30,215 bases of DNA. Origin: a virus (taxonomy: Duplodnaviria > Caudoviricetes). Below the pieces are notes generated by a model. That model searched no databases, was not told the origin of the DNA, and saw nothing but the letters and a program-made list of their open reading frames with translations. Shown here in pieces: positions 7,416-14,279 of this stretch (its first letter is position 1; the number at the start of each line of letters is the position of its first letter). The position numbers and the translations under genes are program-made. The DNA lies in IMG/VR virus record IMGVR_UViG_3300042889_000813, positions 1 to 30,215 of that record. One strand, given 5' to 3'.

Positions 7416-9802
7416 TCTTCTACTTTTTTAAATTCGTTATTACTTGTAATTTCAAACCATCTTTGACCGTTGGAATTTCCTTCCTTGTATGTCTTACTAT
7501 AATAAGTGCAATACTTTTGAATCCAATTTGTAAAACGTTTTGTCTTTAACCAAGTTCTAAAGTCTTTGTTTTCCTGTAAGAAATTCTCAAAACAAACGCT
7601 TTTAACGTGTCGATGGTCTTCTTGTATATTACCATCCCCAACCCATTCAAGAAATTCTGAAGACGTTTCATTTATTAATTTTCTATGCTCTAAATTCGTA
7701 AAGTCAAATGGTACCAATCCCTTTTCAAGGTAAAATTTTTGACAATTTATCATGAAATGGTCAAACCTTGCCCACTCGTTTTCGTCCCAATCGTCGAAAA
7801 GCATGTGACCAAACTCATCTAATGGAGTATAATTTGAATTAAAAAAACTACTCATTTCAACTTCAAATTTTCTGCGTTCAAAAGAACCACCAACCCCTCC
7901 AATAGTGTAGTTTGTTGTAATTACTATTTTTGGAGACTTAGTAACAGGAAGTTTAATTGCATCCTGGCCTTTATATTCTAAGGTTATACCCTCTGTAATT
8001 AATGAGAATAAAGATTCAAATTGAAAGTTCTTTTTAACGTCATCAAATACAAGTAACTGCGTATCAACAGGCACCGATTGATAAGGAAATGATTTAGTAA
8101 ATTCAAAGGTTTTACCATCTATTGCAGAAACCTTTTTCATTTTACCCAAAGCATTCCAAAATAAAGACTTACCCGAACCACCGTTTGGATTGTCTGAAAT
8201 TGTTTCATCGTTAAATATTATTGCTTTATTATTTGCACTTGTTTTGTAGGAGTGCATCAAATAGCCAATAACAGATTTTAAACTTTCGTATTTACTTGTG
8301 TTTTCAGATGCAGCCAACCAAAGGAACCTTCTAAACTCCGACTTGTGATGGTCTGCATCTATAAAGTCACGGTCAATAACTTGTTTTTTCCAAACAAAAC
8401 CCTTTAAATCTTCATAGTTCATTTTTTGGAAACCATCTTTAAAAACTTTAATTACACAGTTACGATAGTATAAAATTGCAAAGTCTGAGCCGTCTTCCTC
8501 TATGTTGAATTTTGCTGTTTCAAGCATTGATAAATACTGAGGTGTAAATGACTTTGTTGAACCAGCAACTAAATCAAAAGGCTCCAAACTATCACTACTT
8601 AATAACTCGTTTAGTACATGGTCCTTAATTTGAAATTCTGTTACCTCGTCTACAAAATTACCTTCCTTAGTTATGAAAGTAAAAGTCTTTGATTTATCAA
8701 TCGGAAAATGCTTAAAGAAGTTTTTGTTTTCTAAATAGAATTTAAACTTGTGATGTGAAACAACTAACTTCCCTTCCTCGTTGTGGCTCCAAAATTTGTT
8801 AACGTCTATTTTACTTTTTTGTGCAATTATTTCAGCTTCTAATTTTTCAGTAGTAAGGTCAGGAAATGATTTTTTAATATAGTCGTTTGTTTTACCAACC
8901 AAAATCATATTTGAAATGGTCTTCAATTTAGACTTATCTTCAAATTGTTTAGTCCCAAAGTTAGCTGTATGCTTATAAGCTGAATTTATTAATGCTATTA
9001 TTTCTTTACTATCAAAATCCTTTTGCTCGTTTGCAAGGATGTATTTTTCAGCAATAAACCTTTCAACTCCAAAATCATTAAAAGCTAAAGCCAATTTATG
9101 GAAGGAATTGTTTCTATTTACACCGTTGTAAGACTTCTTAAACCACACCATTAACCTGTTAGCTATTTGGTCTTGGTCGGTCAAAGGTATGTTAGTAATA
9201 ACACCTAAACTGCTGTTTATTTCTACTAATTCAGTTCTTTCAAAGTCAACGTATAAATCAGAGTCTAAATTTATATAAATCTCAGGGTCGTATGATTCAA
9301 AACATAGCCGTGAAATGTCTTGACCAGATGTATCAATTGTATTACTTCCGTAGCTTTCGTTAACCCATTGAAAATGCTTTACAATTGATTTATAATACTT
9401 GTTGTACTCGTCATTCGATTCAATGGAAGGAATCTTTATTAAAGCCTTTAAACCATCTCCCGATGGACTTATCCAAGTAGAATAAACGTAACTATTAATT
9501 TTAAGTTTTTCTTTTAATTCTAAAACTAAATCATAGCTTTTAAGTTTGTCAAAATCCAATATACATAAACCACTTGCCTTTTTTAAATTATCCTTTGACC
9601 TTGTGGTGAAGGTTCCTGCAAATGTAACAGCTGATAATTGTAGTTTAATTTTAGATTTCTTTTTTGAATCTAATTCTGACCTTACTAATTCAATTGTTTT
9701 TTTACTATCTCCATTTCTAATACGGTCTAAGTAAAACAACACGTTTTTTGGTCTTCCTATCGGTGTGTTCTGATAGGCATCTTTGTAAAAATCAACATTC
9801 AT
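7403..9802 (-). CDS. Primase-helicase: BT4734/VirE-N primase domain + PriCT-like region + P-loop helicase
   Basis: LCILDFD, WISPSGDGLK, D.SRLCFESYDP; GVNRNN..(PriCT); GGSGKS Walker A, LLVFDD Walker B, ITTN, SFERR. Confidence 0.85.
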   Translation of the reverse strand: MNVDFYKDAYQNTPIGRPKNVLFYLDRIRNGDSKKTIELVRSELDSKKKSKIKLQLSAVTFAGTFTTRSKDNLKKASGLCILDFDKLKSYDLVLELKEKLKINSYVYSTWISPSGDGLKALIKIPSIESNDEYNKYYKSIVKHFQWVNESYGSNTIDTSGQDISRLCFESYDPEIYINLDSDLYVDFERTELVEINSSLGVITNIPLTDQDQIANRLMVWFKKSYNGVNRNNSFHKLALAFNDFGVERFIAEKYILANEQKDFDSKEIIALINSAYKHTANFGTKQFEDKSKLKTISNMILVGKTNDYIKKSFPDLTTEKLEAEIIAQKSKIDVNKFWSHNEEGKLVVSHHKFKFYLENKNFFKHFPIDKSKTFTFITKEGNFVDEVTEFQIKDHVLNELLSSDSLEPFDLVAGSTKSFTPQYLSMLETAKFNIEEDGSDFAILYYRNCVIKVFKDGFQKMNYEDLKGFVWKKQVIDRDFIDADHHKSEFRRFLWLAASENTSKYESLKSVIGYLMHSYKTSANNKAIIFNDETISDNPNGGSGKSLFWNALGKMKKVSAIDGKTFEFTKSFPYQSVPVDTQLLVFDDVKKNFQFESLFSLITEGITLEYKGQDAIKLPVTKSPKIVITTNYTIGGVGGSFERRKFEVEMSSFFNSNYTPLDEFGHMLFDDWDENEWARFDHFMINCQKFYLEKGLVPFDFTNLEHRKLINETSSEFLEWVGDGNIQEDHRHVKSVCFENFLQENKDFRTWLKTKRFTNWIQKYCTYYSKTYKEGNSNGQRWFEITSNNEFKKVEECPF

Positions 9803-9811
9803 AATTTCTAT

Positions 9812-9899
9812 AAAATAAAAAACCTCGAGAATCGGTGGTGGAAGTCACTTCAACTCGAGGAATTTATAAAAAATTTCTTACTGTAGCTTCCACTCTACG
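9812..9899 (-). ncRNA. Putative cis-regulatory RNA leader (two hairpins with complementary loops; second hairpin terminator-like)
   Basis: GTAG-AGTGGAAG-CTAC hairpin, then CCTCGAG...GTG-ACTTCCAC-CAC...CTCGAGG followed by TTTTTT. Confidence 0.55.
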
Positions 9900-9903
9900 A
9901 ATG

Positions 9904-9935
9904 CAAATATAATCAATTATTTTAATTAAATACAC
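9904..9935 (-). promoter_or_regulatory. Bacteroidota -7 promoter element for the replication operon
   Basis: TATATTTG at 9911-9904; the -33 element is weak. Confidence 0.6.
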
Positions 9936-9969
9936 TATAATGTTAATTTATATTGAGTCTAAATAAGTA

Positions 9970-10300
9970 TTGATTTGTACTTAACAACACATATAATTGT
10001 TGATTCGTACTGGATTCGTACTGGATTCGTACTATTGTATATTGCTATATATCAATTATTTACAACTAAAAACAAGCAAATAGTACAGATTTTTTCTATT
10101 TTTCCGACAACTCGTTTCAGTGGTAACAATAAAATATATTTTTCTTCTAAATATATATATTATAGAGTACCGTAATATATATACGTTTCGTTTTGATTCG
10201 TACTTCGCACTTTTTTAGGTTAATCAATTGTAATGTAATAGTTTAGTTAGTACAAATAGGTTTTTCAATGTGTTGTCAATAATTTCAAAGCGTACTTTTT
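9970..10300. other. Putative replication origin (AT-rich, iterated GTAC-core motifs)
   Basis: Largest non-coding gap, next to the primase; nine GTAC sites; IHF-like TATCAATTATTTA at 10050-10062. Confidence 0.5.
10002..10033 (+). repeat. Tandem repeat GATTCGTACTG x3 (third copy 10/11)
   Basis: Direct read. Further copies: GATTCGTACT at 10195-10204 and GATTTGTACT at 9972-9981. Confidence 0.9.
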
Positions 10301-10304
10301 ACAC

Positions 10305-10332
10305 AAAAAAAACCGACTTGTTAGGTCGGTTT
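10305..10332 (-). terminator. Intrinsic terminator ending the early operon
   Basis: Minus strand AAACCGAC-CTAACAA-GTCGGTTT, T8 run. Confidence 0.8.
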
Positions 10333-10338
10333 AGTCAG

Positions 10339-10590
10339 TTAAAAAGGAGGTTGCCAGCATTCACCGACTTTGTTTTGCTTATATGGTTCTATTTCACTAC
10401 TAAACATACGTTTTGTTTTTAGAAATGTACAATCGCTTATGGTTGTTATTTCAGCGGTGTAAATATTGTTTTTATACATCACAATTGAATCGTGCTTTAT
10501 ATCTGTTATACGTAAACAATCGCATGGTTTTACTTCTTCTTTTGAGCAGGATGTAATTAATAAAACTGCTGCTATAATTATCTTTTTCAT
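10339..10590 (-). CDS. Lipoprotein
   Basis: MKKIIIAAVLLITSC signal peptide with lipobox; several Cys. Confidence 0.75.
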   Translation of the reverse strand: MKKIIIAAVLLITSCSKEEVKPCDCLRITDIKHDSIVMYKNNIYTAEITTISDCTFLKTKRMFSSEIEPYKQNKVGECWQPPF

Positions 10591-10591
10591 T

Positions 10592-10957
10592 TTAAAACTT
10601 TTTTAACATTTCAATATAGCCTTCTTCTTCTGCGTATCCTATCTTTTGCAAGAACACGTAATAATCGCCTTTAACGTATCTTTTGTCCTGCCACGTCTTG
10701 TAATACTCTACGCAAGCGTCCACGCTCTTAAAACGCATTAAACGACCCTTATAAATAAATCCAAACGCGTTGTTGTACTCCGTGAATGCTCTGCTAACTC
10801 CATTCCCTGTTTCAAGTCGATATTGTGCGTAAACAATTTCAGGATGTTTTATCCCCTTGTCCTTGATTTGCTGTAAAGTCAATTGAGCGCCACAGATACT
10901 GCTCATCAGCAGAAAGCTCGTCATAAGTAGGGGCTTGATAAATGTAATCTTCTTCAT
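10592..10957 (-). CDS. Glucosaminidase (GH73-like) cell-wall hydrolase domain protein with putative signal peptide
   Basis: IVYAQYRLETG...NNAFG...FKSVDACVEYY...GYAEE.GY; start placed at MKKITF (uncertain). Confidence 0.7.
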   Translation of the reverse strand: MKKITFIKPLLMTSFLLMSSICGAQLTLQQIKDKGIKHPEIVYAQYRLETGNGVSRAFTEYNNAFGFIYKGRLMRFKSVDACVEYYKTWQDKRYVKGDYYVFLQKIGYAEEEGYIEMLKKF

Positions 10958-11147
10958 TGTATGCTTGGTTTTTATGCCCAAAATATAGGCTTGTTATATA
11001 CTTTTTTCCTTCCCATGTTGCGATCGCGTGACCAACTGTCGCAACAGGTACGTTTAAATGTTTAGCGATGTCTAATTGAATCCATCCAGCTTCGAGCATG
11101 TTACGTACACGCTCGTAAATGTACTCATAACTCGAAGGGCTTCTCAC
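10839..11147 (-). CDS. Putative HTH DNA-binding protein
   Basis: MLEAGWIQLDIAKHLNVPVATVGHAI resembles a helix-turn-helix. Confidence 0.55.
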   Translation of the reverse strand: MRSPSSYEYIYERVRNMLEAGWIQLDIAKHLNVPVATVGHAIATWEGKKYITSLYFGHKNQAYNEEDYIYQAPTYDELSADEQYLWRSIDFTANQGQGDKTS

Positions 11148-11454
11148 AATAGCAGTTTATTAAAATGTTTTGAAATGGTGCGTCTTGGTCGTAATCCGTA
11201 ACCATGTACTCACCCGAACCGCCACACGTTGTACATTGGTTAATTTCTTTGAAGTTGTCGAACTGCTCTAACTCCATCGTTGTACAGATGCGGTCTCCTA
11301 TTTCATCATACACTAATCCTTCTTGTATGTAAAGGCGCTCTCTAAGGTCTTCAAATGATGCGTATACACTATCACTATCAAGACTTACAAATTCCACGTC
11401 TGAAGGCATAATTAACGTGTCTACCTTGAATATTTTTCTAATTAACGTCCTCAT
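11125..11454 (-). CDS. Hypothetical protein with CxxCxGxG zinc-finger motif
   Basis: CTTCGGSG...CYC. Confidence 0.65.
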   Translation of the reverse strand: MRTLIRKIFKVDTLIMPSDVEFVSLDSDSVYASFEDLRERLYIQEGLVYDEIGDRICTTMELEQFDNFKEINQCTTCGGSGEYMVTDYDQDAPFQNILINCYCEKPFEL

Positions 11455-11590
11455 AACTTCTACCTATTAAATAACAACCTAATAAACCAAATGCAATCCA
11501 TATTGCGGTGGATGTGTTCCAGTAGTGATTTACAAACCCTACCGAAATTATACATATTAAAATGTAAATTATTGTTTTAGCGTTTCTCAT
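11438..11590 (-). CDS. Small two-TM membrane protein (cassette gene B, copy 1)
   Basis: MRNAKTIIYILICIISVGFVNHYWNTSTAIWIAFGLLGCYLIGRSYEDVN; paralog at 12142-12306. Confidence 0.7.
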   Translation of the reverse strand: MRNAKTIIYILICIISVGFVNHYWNTSTAIWIAFGLLGCYLIGRSYEDVN

Positions 11591-11750
11591 GTCCCATAAT
11601 TTTAAGAATAAATTCATAGTTTTCTCCTACAAGTTTTTGTACTTCGGTTTTTAACTTTTCTGAATACGGTACTTTTTCGCATTTGTTACCATAACCAAAT
11701 TTTTCTCTAATTTCTGAAATTTGACTTTCAATTAAATCTGCTGTTTTCAT
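11466..11750 (-). repeat. Diverged 285-bp direct repeat, copy 1
   Basis: Colinear with 12182-12466 (offset 716 nt). Confidence 0.9.
11577..11750 (-). CDS. 57 aa protein (cassette gene A, copy 1)
   Basis: MKTADLIESQISEIREKFGYGNKCEKVPYSEKLKTEVQKLVGENYEFILKIMGHEKR. Confidence 0.75.
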   Translation of the reverse strand: MKTADLIESQISEIREKFGYGNKCEKVPYSEKLKTEVQKLVGENYEFILKIMGHEKR

Positions 11751-11789
11751 GTGTTTATGTTTTTAATTTGTTAAAAAATTAATCGGTAT

Positions 11790-12008
11790 TTAATTTTTCT
11801 CTTTAATTTTAACTATAAATGCATTGAAATTAAAAGCTATGAATGTTTTTTCAGTCAATGAAAGGTGATGTAATTCAAAATCTTCATCTTTCATTAAAGG
11901 ATTTTCTAACATAGCTTTTAAGTAGCTTTCTTTAACTTTTGATACTCCTGAACCGTCTCTTTTTATTACGCCAATAAACTCTAACTCATGCGCTTTTTTT
12001 GTTTCCAT
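11790..12008 (-). CDS. Hypothetical protein
   Basis: 72 aa ORF between the repeat copies. Confidence 0.6.
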   Translation of the reverse strand: METKKAHELEFIGVIKRDGSGVSKVKESYLKAMLENPLMKDEDFELHHLSLTEKTFIAFNFNAFIVKIKEKN

Positions 12009-12015
12009 GACTTAC

Positions 12016-12125
12016 TTATTTTGAAGCTAAAATTTCTTCTAATGTGTCTTGTAAAAATTGTTGTGTTTGGTAAGTTTTATCTAAAGATTCACCAAATAAT
12101 TTTATTGCTATTGTATATCCAACGA
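12016..12125 (-). pseudogene. Start-less C-terminal remnant of a gene
   Basis: Open frame ...VGYTIAIKLFGESLDKTYQTQQFLQDTLEEILASK* with no ATG; begins at the edge of the 57-nt insert. Confidence 0.45.
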
Positions 12126-12182
12126 TACCGTTTGTGTGAAGTTAGAGCTTGGGTTGTTCGTGCAGAATATACGACCGTAAAA
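12126..12182 (-). repeat. 57-nt diverged copy of structural gene segment 17323-17379
   Basis: 49/57 nt identical; all 8 differences are synonymous for FYGRIFCTNNPSSNFTQTV. Confidence 0.9.
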
Positions 12183-12306
12183 TTAAATAACAACCTAATA
12201 AACCAAATCCAATCCATATTGCTGTGGATGCGTTCCAATAGTGATTTACAAATCCTACTGAAATAATACAAACCAATACGTATAATAATTTTCTAGCATT
12301 TCTCAT
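12142..12306 (-). CDS. Small membrane protein (cassette gene B, copy 2; C-terminus derived from the insert)
   Basis: MRNARKLLYVLVCIISVGFVNHYWNASTAIWIGFGLLGCYLI|LRSYILHEQPKL. Confidence 0.65.
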   Translation of the reverse strand: MRNARKLLYVLVCIISVGFVNHYWNASTAIWIGFGLLGCYLILRSYILHEQPKL

Positions 12307-12466
12307 GACCCATAATTTTAATAATAAATAAATAATTTTCTCCGACAACCTTTTGCGTTTCTGTTACTAGCTCCTTTGAATAAGGAATTTTTTCGCTTTT
12401 GTTGCCATAACCTAAAATATCTCTGATTTCGGTAATTTGGCTTTCAATTAAATCTGCTGTTTTCAT
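12182..12466 (-). repeat. Diverged 285-bp direct repeat, copy 2
   Basis: Colinear with 11466-11750. Confidence 0.9.
12293..12466 (-). CDS. 57 aa protein (cassette gene A, copy 2)
   Basis: MKTADLIESQITEIRDILGYGNKSEKIPYSKELVTETQKVVGENYLFIIKIMGHEKC; 43/57 aa identical to copy 1. Confidence 0.75.
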   Translation of the reverse strand: MKTADLIESQITEIRDILGYGNKSEKIPYSKELVTETQKVVGENYLFIIKIMGHEKC

Positions 12467-12690
12467 TTGATTTCTTCGTTTACTTGTTTTAATAACTCTA
12501 CTGTTTTTTCAAATCCAATTATATCTGACACTTTACCTATAAATAATTGTTTTTTTAATTCTTCTTCTTTTTCTATTTTTTTGGCTTGATTAACTAAATC
12601 TTTACTTACAAAAGATACACCTTGTTCTCTTTTCAAACCACCATTATTAAACATTTCATTTAATAAAAATTCTACTGCTGATTTTCTCAT
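12463..12690 (-). CDS. Hypothetical phage protein (SAVExL family)
   Basis: Start reassigned to MRKSAVEFL; ...QAKKIEKEE pattern. Confidence 0.65.
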   Translation of the reverse strand: MRKSAVEFLLNEMFNNGGLKREQGVSFVSKDLVNQAKKIEKEEELKKQLFIGKVSDIIGFEKTVELLKQVNEEIK

Positions 12691-12908
12691 TATCTTAATA
12701 ATGTTTTTAAATTCATTTCTATACACAAACTAAAATATTTTTCAATAAGCTTCTTGTAAGATGAAAAAGTAAGAGTTTTACATCCTTGTAAGTGAGTATT
12801 AATATAAATATAATACTTTCTTCTTTTTTTATCTTCTTTCATACCTACCATCTCTGTGAATCCGTTAACTTCAGTGTAACAATATTCTGTGAATTCTAAA
12901 TTTTCCAT
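12690..12908 (-). CDS. Hypothetical protein
   Basis: Start MENLEF; TAATG coupling at both ends. Confidence 0.6.
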   Translation of the reverse strand: MENLEFTEYCYTEVNGFTEMVGMKEDKKRRKYYIYINTHLQGCKTLTFSSYKKLIEKYFSLCIEMNLKTLLR

Positions 12909-13069
12909 TATCTGCAAAGTATTAAATAATTAGCTGAAACTTCTAAATACTCTTTATAGTATTGTTGTCTTTCTTCTTTTGATAAATTTTTATCATTCAT
13001 ACACTCAAATAAAGCATCCATAACTTGTTTTGCTTTGTCTTTTGCGATGTTGTTTACTACTACTTCCAT
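12908..13069 (-). CDS. First early gene, 53 aa
   Basis: MEVVVNNIAKDKAKQVMDALFECMNDKNLSKEERQQYYKEYLEVSANYLILCR directly after a consensus promoter. Confidence 0.65.
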   Translation of the reverse strand: MEVVVNNIAKDKAKQVMDALFECMNDKNLSKEERQQYYKEYLEVSANYLILCR

Positions 13070-13094
13070 TGTGTTTATGTTTTTAATTATGTTA

Positions 13095-13125
13095 CAAATT
13101 TAAACATTAATAATTAATACGCAAA
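13095..13125 (-). promoter_or_regulatory. Consensus Bacteroidota early promoter
   Basis: TTTG-N19-TAAATTTG. Confidence 0.8.
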
Positions 13126-13134
13126 CTTTTAAGC

Positions 13135-13164
13135 AAAAAAAAAGCGATTAATTTCTTAACCGCT
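13135..13164 (-). terminator. Intrinsic terminator ending the late/lysis operon
   Basis: AGCGGTTAA-GAAA-TTAATCGCT ending in a T9 run. Confidence 0.85.
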
Positions 13165-13185
13165 CCAAAACACTCTATAAAGGTA

Positions 13186-13773
13186 CTAAAATTCTTCTAA
13201 TAAACAGTATGTTATTCTATTTTGATTTTTAATCATATTGATAATCATGCTATATTGCTCTACATTGTTGCATACTTGACAACCTGCTGAATAGCCACCA
13301 ATGTTTTCACCTATTTTTTTTACGGATAAATCATTTGAGATGCTATGGAAGTTGATTCCGTAACCACTTCCCTTTATAGGTATTCCGATTTCCTCACTTT
13401 TACCATCCCTATCTCCGTCACGGTAAACAATGAATGGACCAACTTGTCTAAGCGCAGGCATCTTACCTTGGTGTAAACCATAAGCCCAAACATCGTAATA
13501 CCATTCGTTTGACTTAACAACCGCGGCACCTACTTTGTTATACTTCAAATAGCCACCTTCCAATATTGGTGTGCCGGGATTGGTTGTGCCTGTAACAACT
13601 TTTACAAATTCTTCACCATTGAATAAGTAAAACTTATCATCGTACTTGTTTGGTGCATCCTCATTTGATCTAACTCCTACTATCCAATAACCTAATGGAA
13701 TAGTTTTGAATGACTTTAACTCTTCTACTCTATCGAGTAGTTGGTCTGTTGTGTAATTTCTAACGTTGCTCAT
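13186..13773 (-). CDS. Putative endolysin with His/Cys (YkuD-like) motif
   Basis: Follows the holin at the end of the late operon; GINFH-x16-SAGCQV. Confidence 0.6.
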   Translation of the reverse strand: MSNVRNYTTDQLLDRVEELKSFKTIPLGYWIVGVRSNEDAPNKYDDKFYLFNGEEFVKVVTGTTNPGTPILEGGYLKYNKVGAAVVKSNEWYYDVWAYGLHQGKMPALRQVGPFIVYRDGDRDGKSEEIGIPIKGSGYGINFHSISNDLSVKKIGENIGGYSAGCQVCNNVEQYSMIINMIKNQNRITYCLLEEF

Positions 13774-13966
13774 CCACTGTAAGTTGTGATAATACTCCTG
13801 CTACCGAACCAACTGCCACCATGTAAGGCGCAATTGCTAAACCGAAAGGCGGCGCGATTAAAACCGCTCCTAAACCTCCGATTACTATTCCTACTGATTG
13901 CACTTTCTTCCAAAAGTTTGGCGTTGGTGCATTCCATCTATTTTTTAATAACTTCAAAACTTCCAT
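13760..13966 (-). CDS. Putative holin
   Basis: RW.APTP.FWKKVQ followed by two TM helices and SQLT; adjacent to the lysin. Confidence 0.7.
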   Translation of the reverse strand: MEVLKLLKNRWNAPTPNFWKKVQSVGIVIGGLGAVLIAPPFGLAIAPYMVAVGSVAGVLSQLTVDEQR

Positions 13967-14060
13967 CTGTAAAATTTATCATGTAATTACTTGAGTCGCT
14001 CCAAACCGTTTTAACGACTTTATTGTTGATTATTTGACCCTCGTAGAACTTACGCTTCAC
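13938..14060 (-). CDS. Hypothetical 40 aa protein (GTG start)
   Basis: (M)KRKFYEGQIINNKVVKTVWSDSSNYMINFTDGSFEVIKK fills a gap and overlaps both neighbours. Confidence 0.45.
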   Translation of the reverse strand: MKRKFYEGQIINNKVVKTVWSDSSNYMINFTDGSFEVIKK

Positions 14061-14277
14061 GCACAATTGGATTGTAGTCTATTTCGGGTAATGTTAATAG
14101 CCACGCATCACATGGGATAGACTCAGCTTGTTGCAATGTACATCCGTTAACCTCTTCATTTGAGATAAACCAATTTCCGTTTGCATCTTGCAAAGGGTTA
14201 AATACTTGACCTTGGAAACCCCATACTTGACCTGTAAGGATGTTTTTTTGTTCTAATGTTAATTGTCTAACTTTCAT
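14050..14277 (-). CDS. Hypothetical protein associated with the fibre gene
   Basis: LT.EQK..L.GQ...FNPLQDANGNWFISNEE...LPEIDYNP. Confidence 0.7.
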   Translation of the reverse strand: MKVRQLTLEQKNILTGQVWGFQGQVFNPLQDANGNWFISNEEVNGCTLQQAESIPCDAWLLTLPEIDYNPIVREA

Positions 14278-14279
14278 AA

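Noticed and set aside
9970-10300. CRISPR mini-array
   Set aside because: The repeat is only 10-11 nt, directly tandem or irregularly spaced, with no uniform spacers and no cas genes.
12089-12271. Alternative minus-strand 60 aa ORF
   Set aside because: It overlaps gene B2 in another frame; conservation between the cassette copies supports the B frame.
12016-12306. Stop-codon readthrough or alternative genetic code joining gene B2 to the in-frame remnant
   Set aside because: The stop is TAA inside the foreign insert, and the long genes are all intact under code 11, so a recombination scar is simpler.
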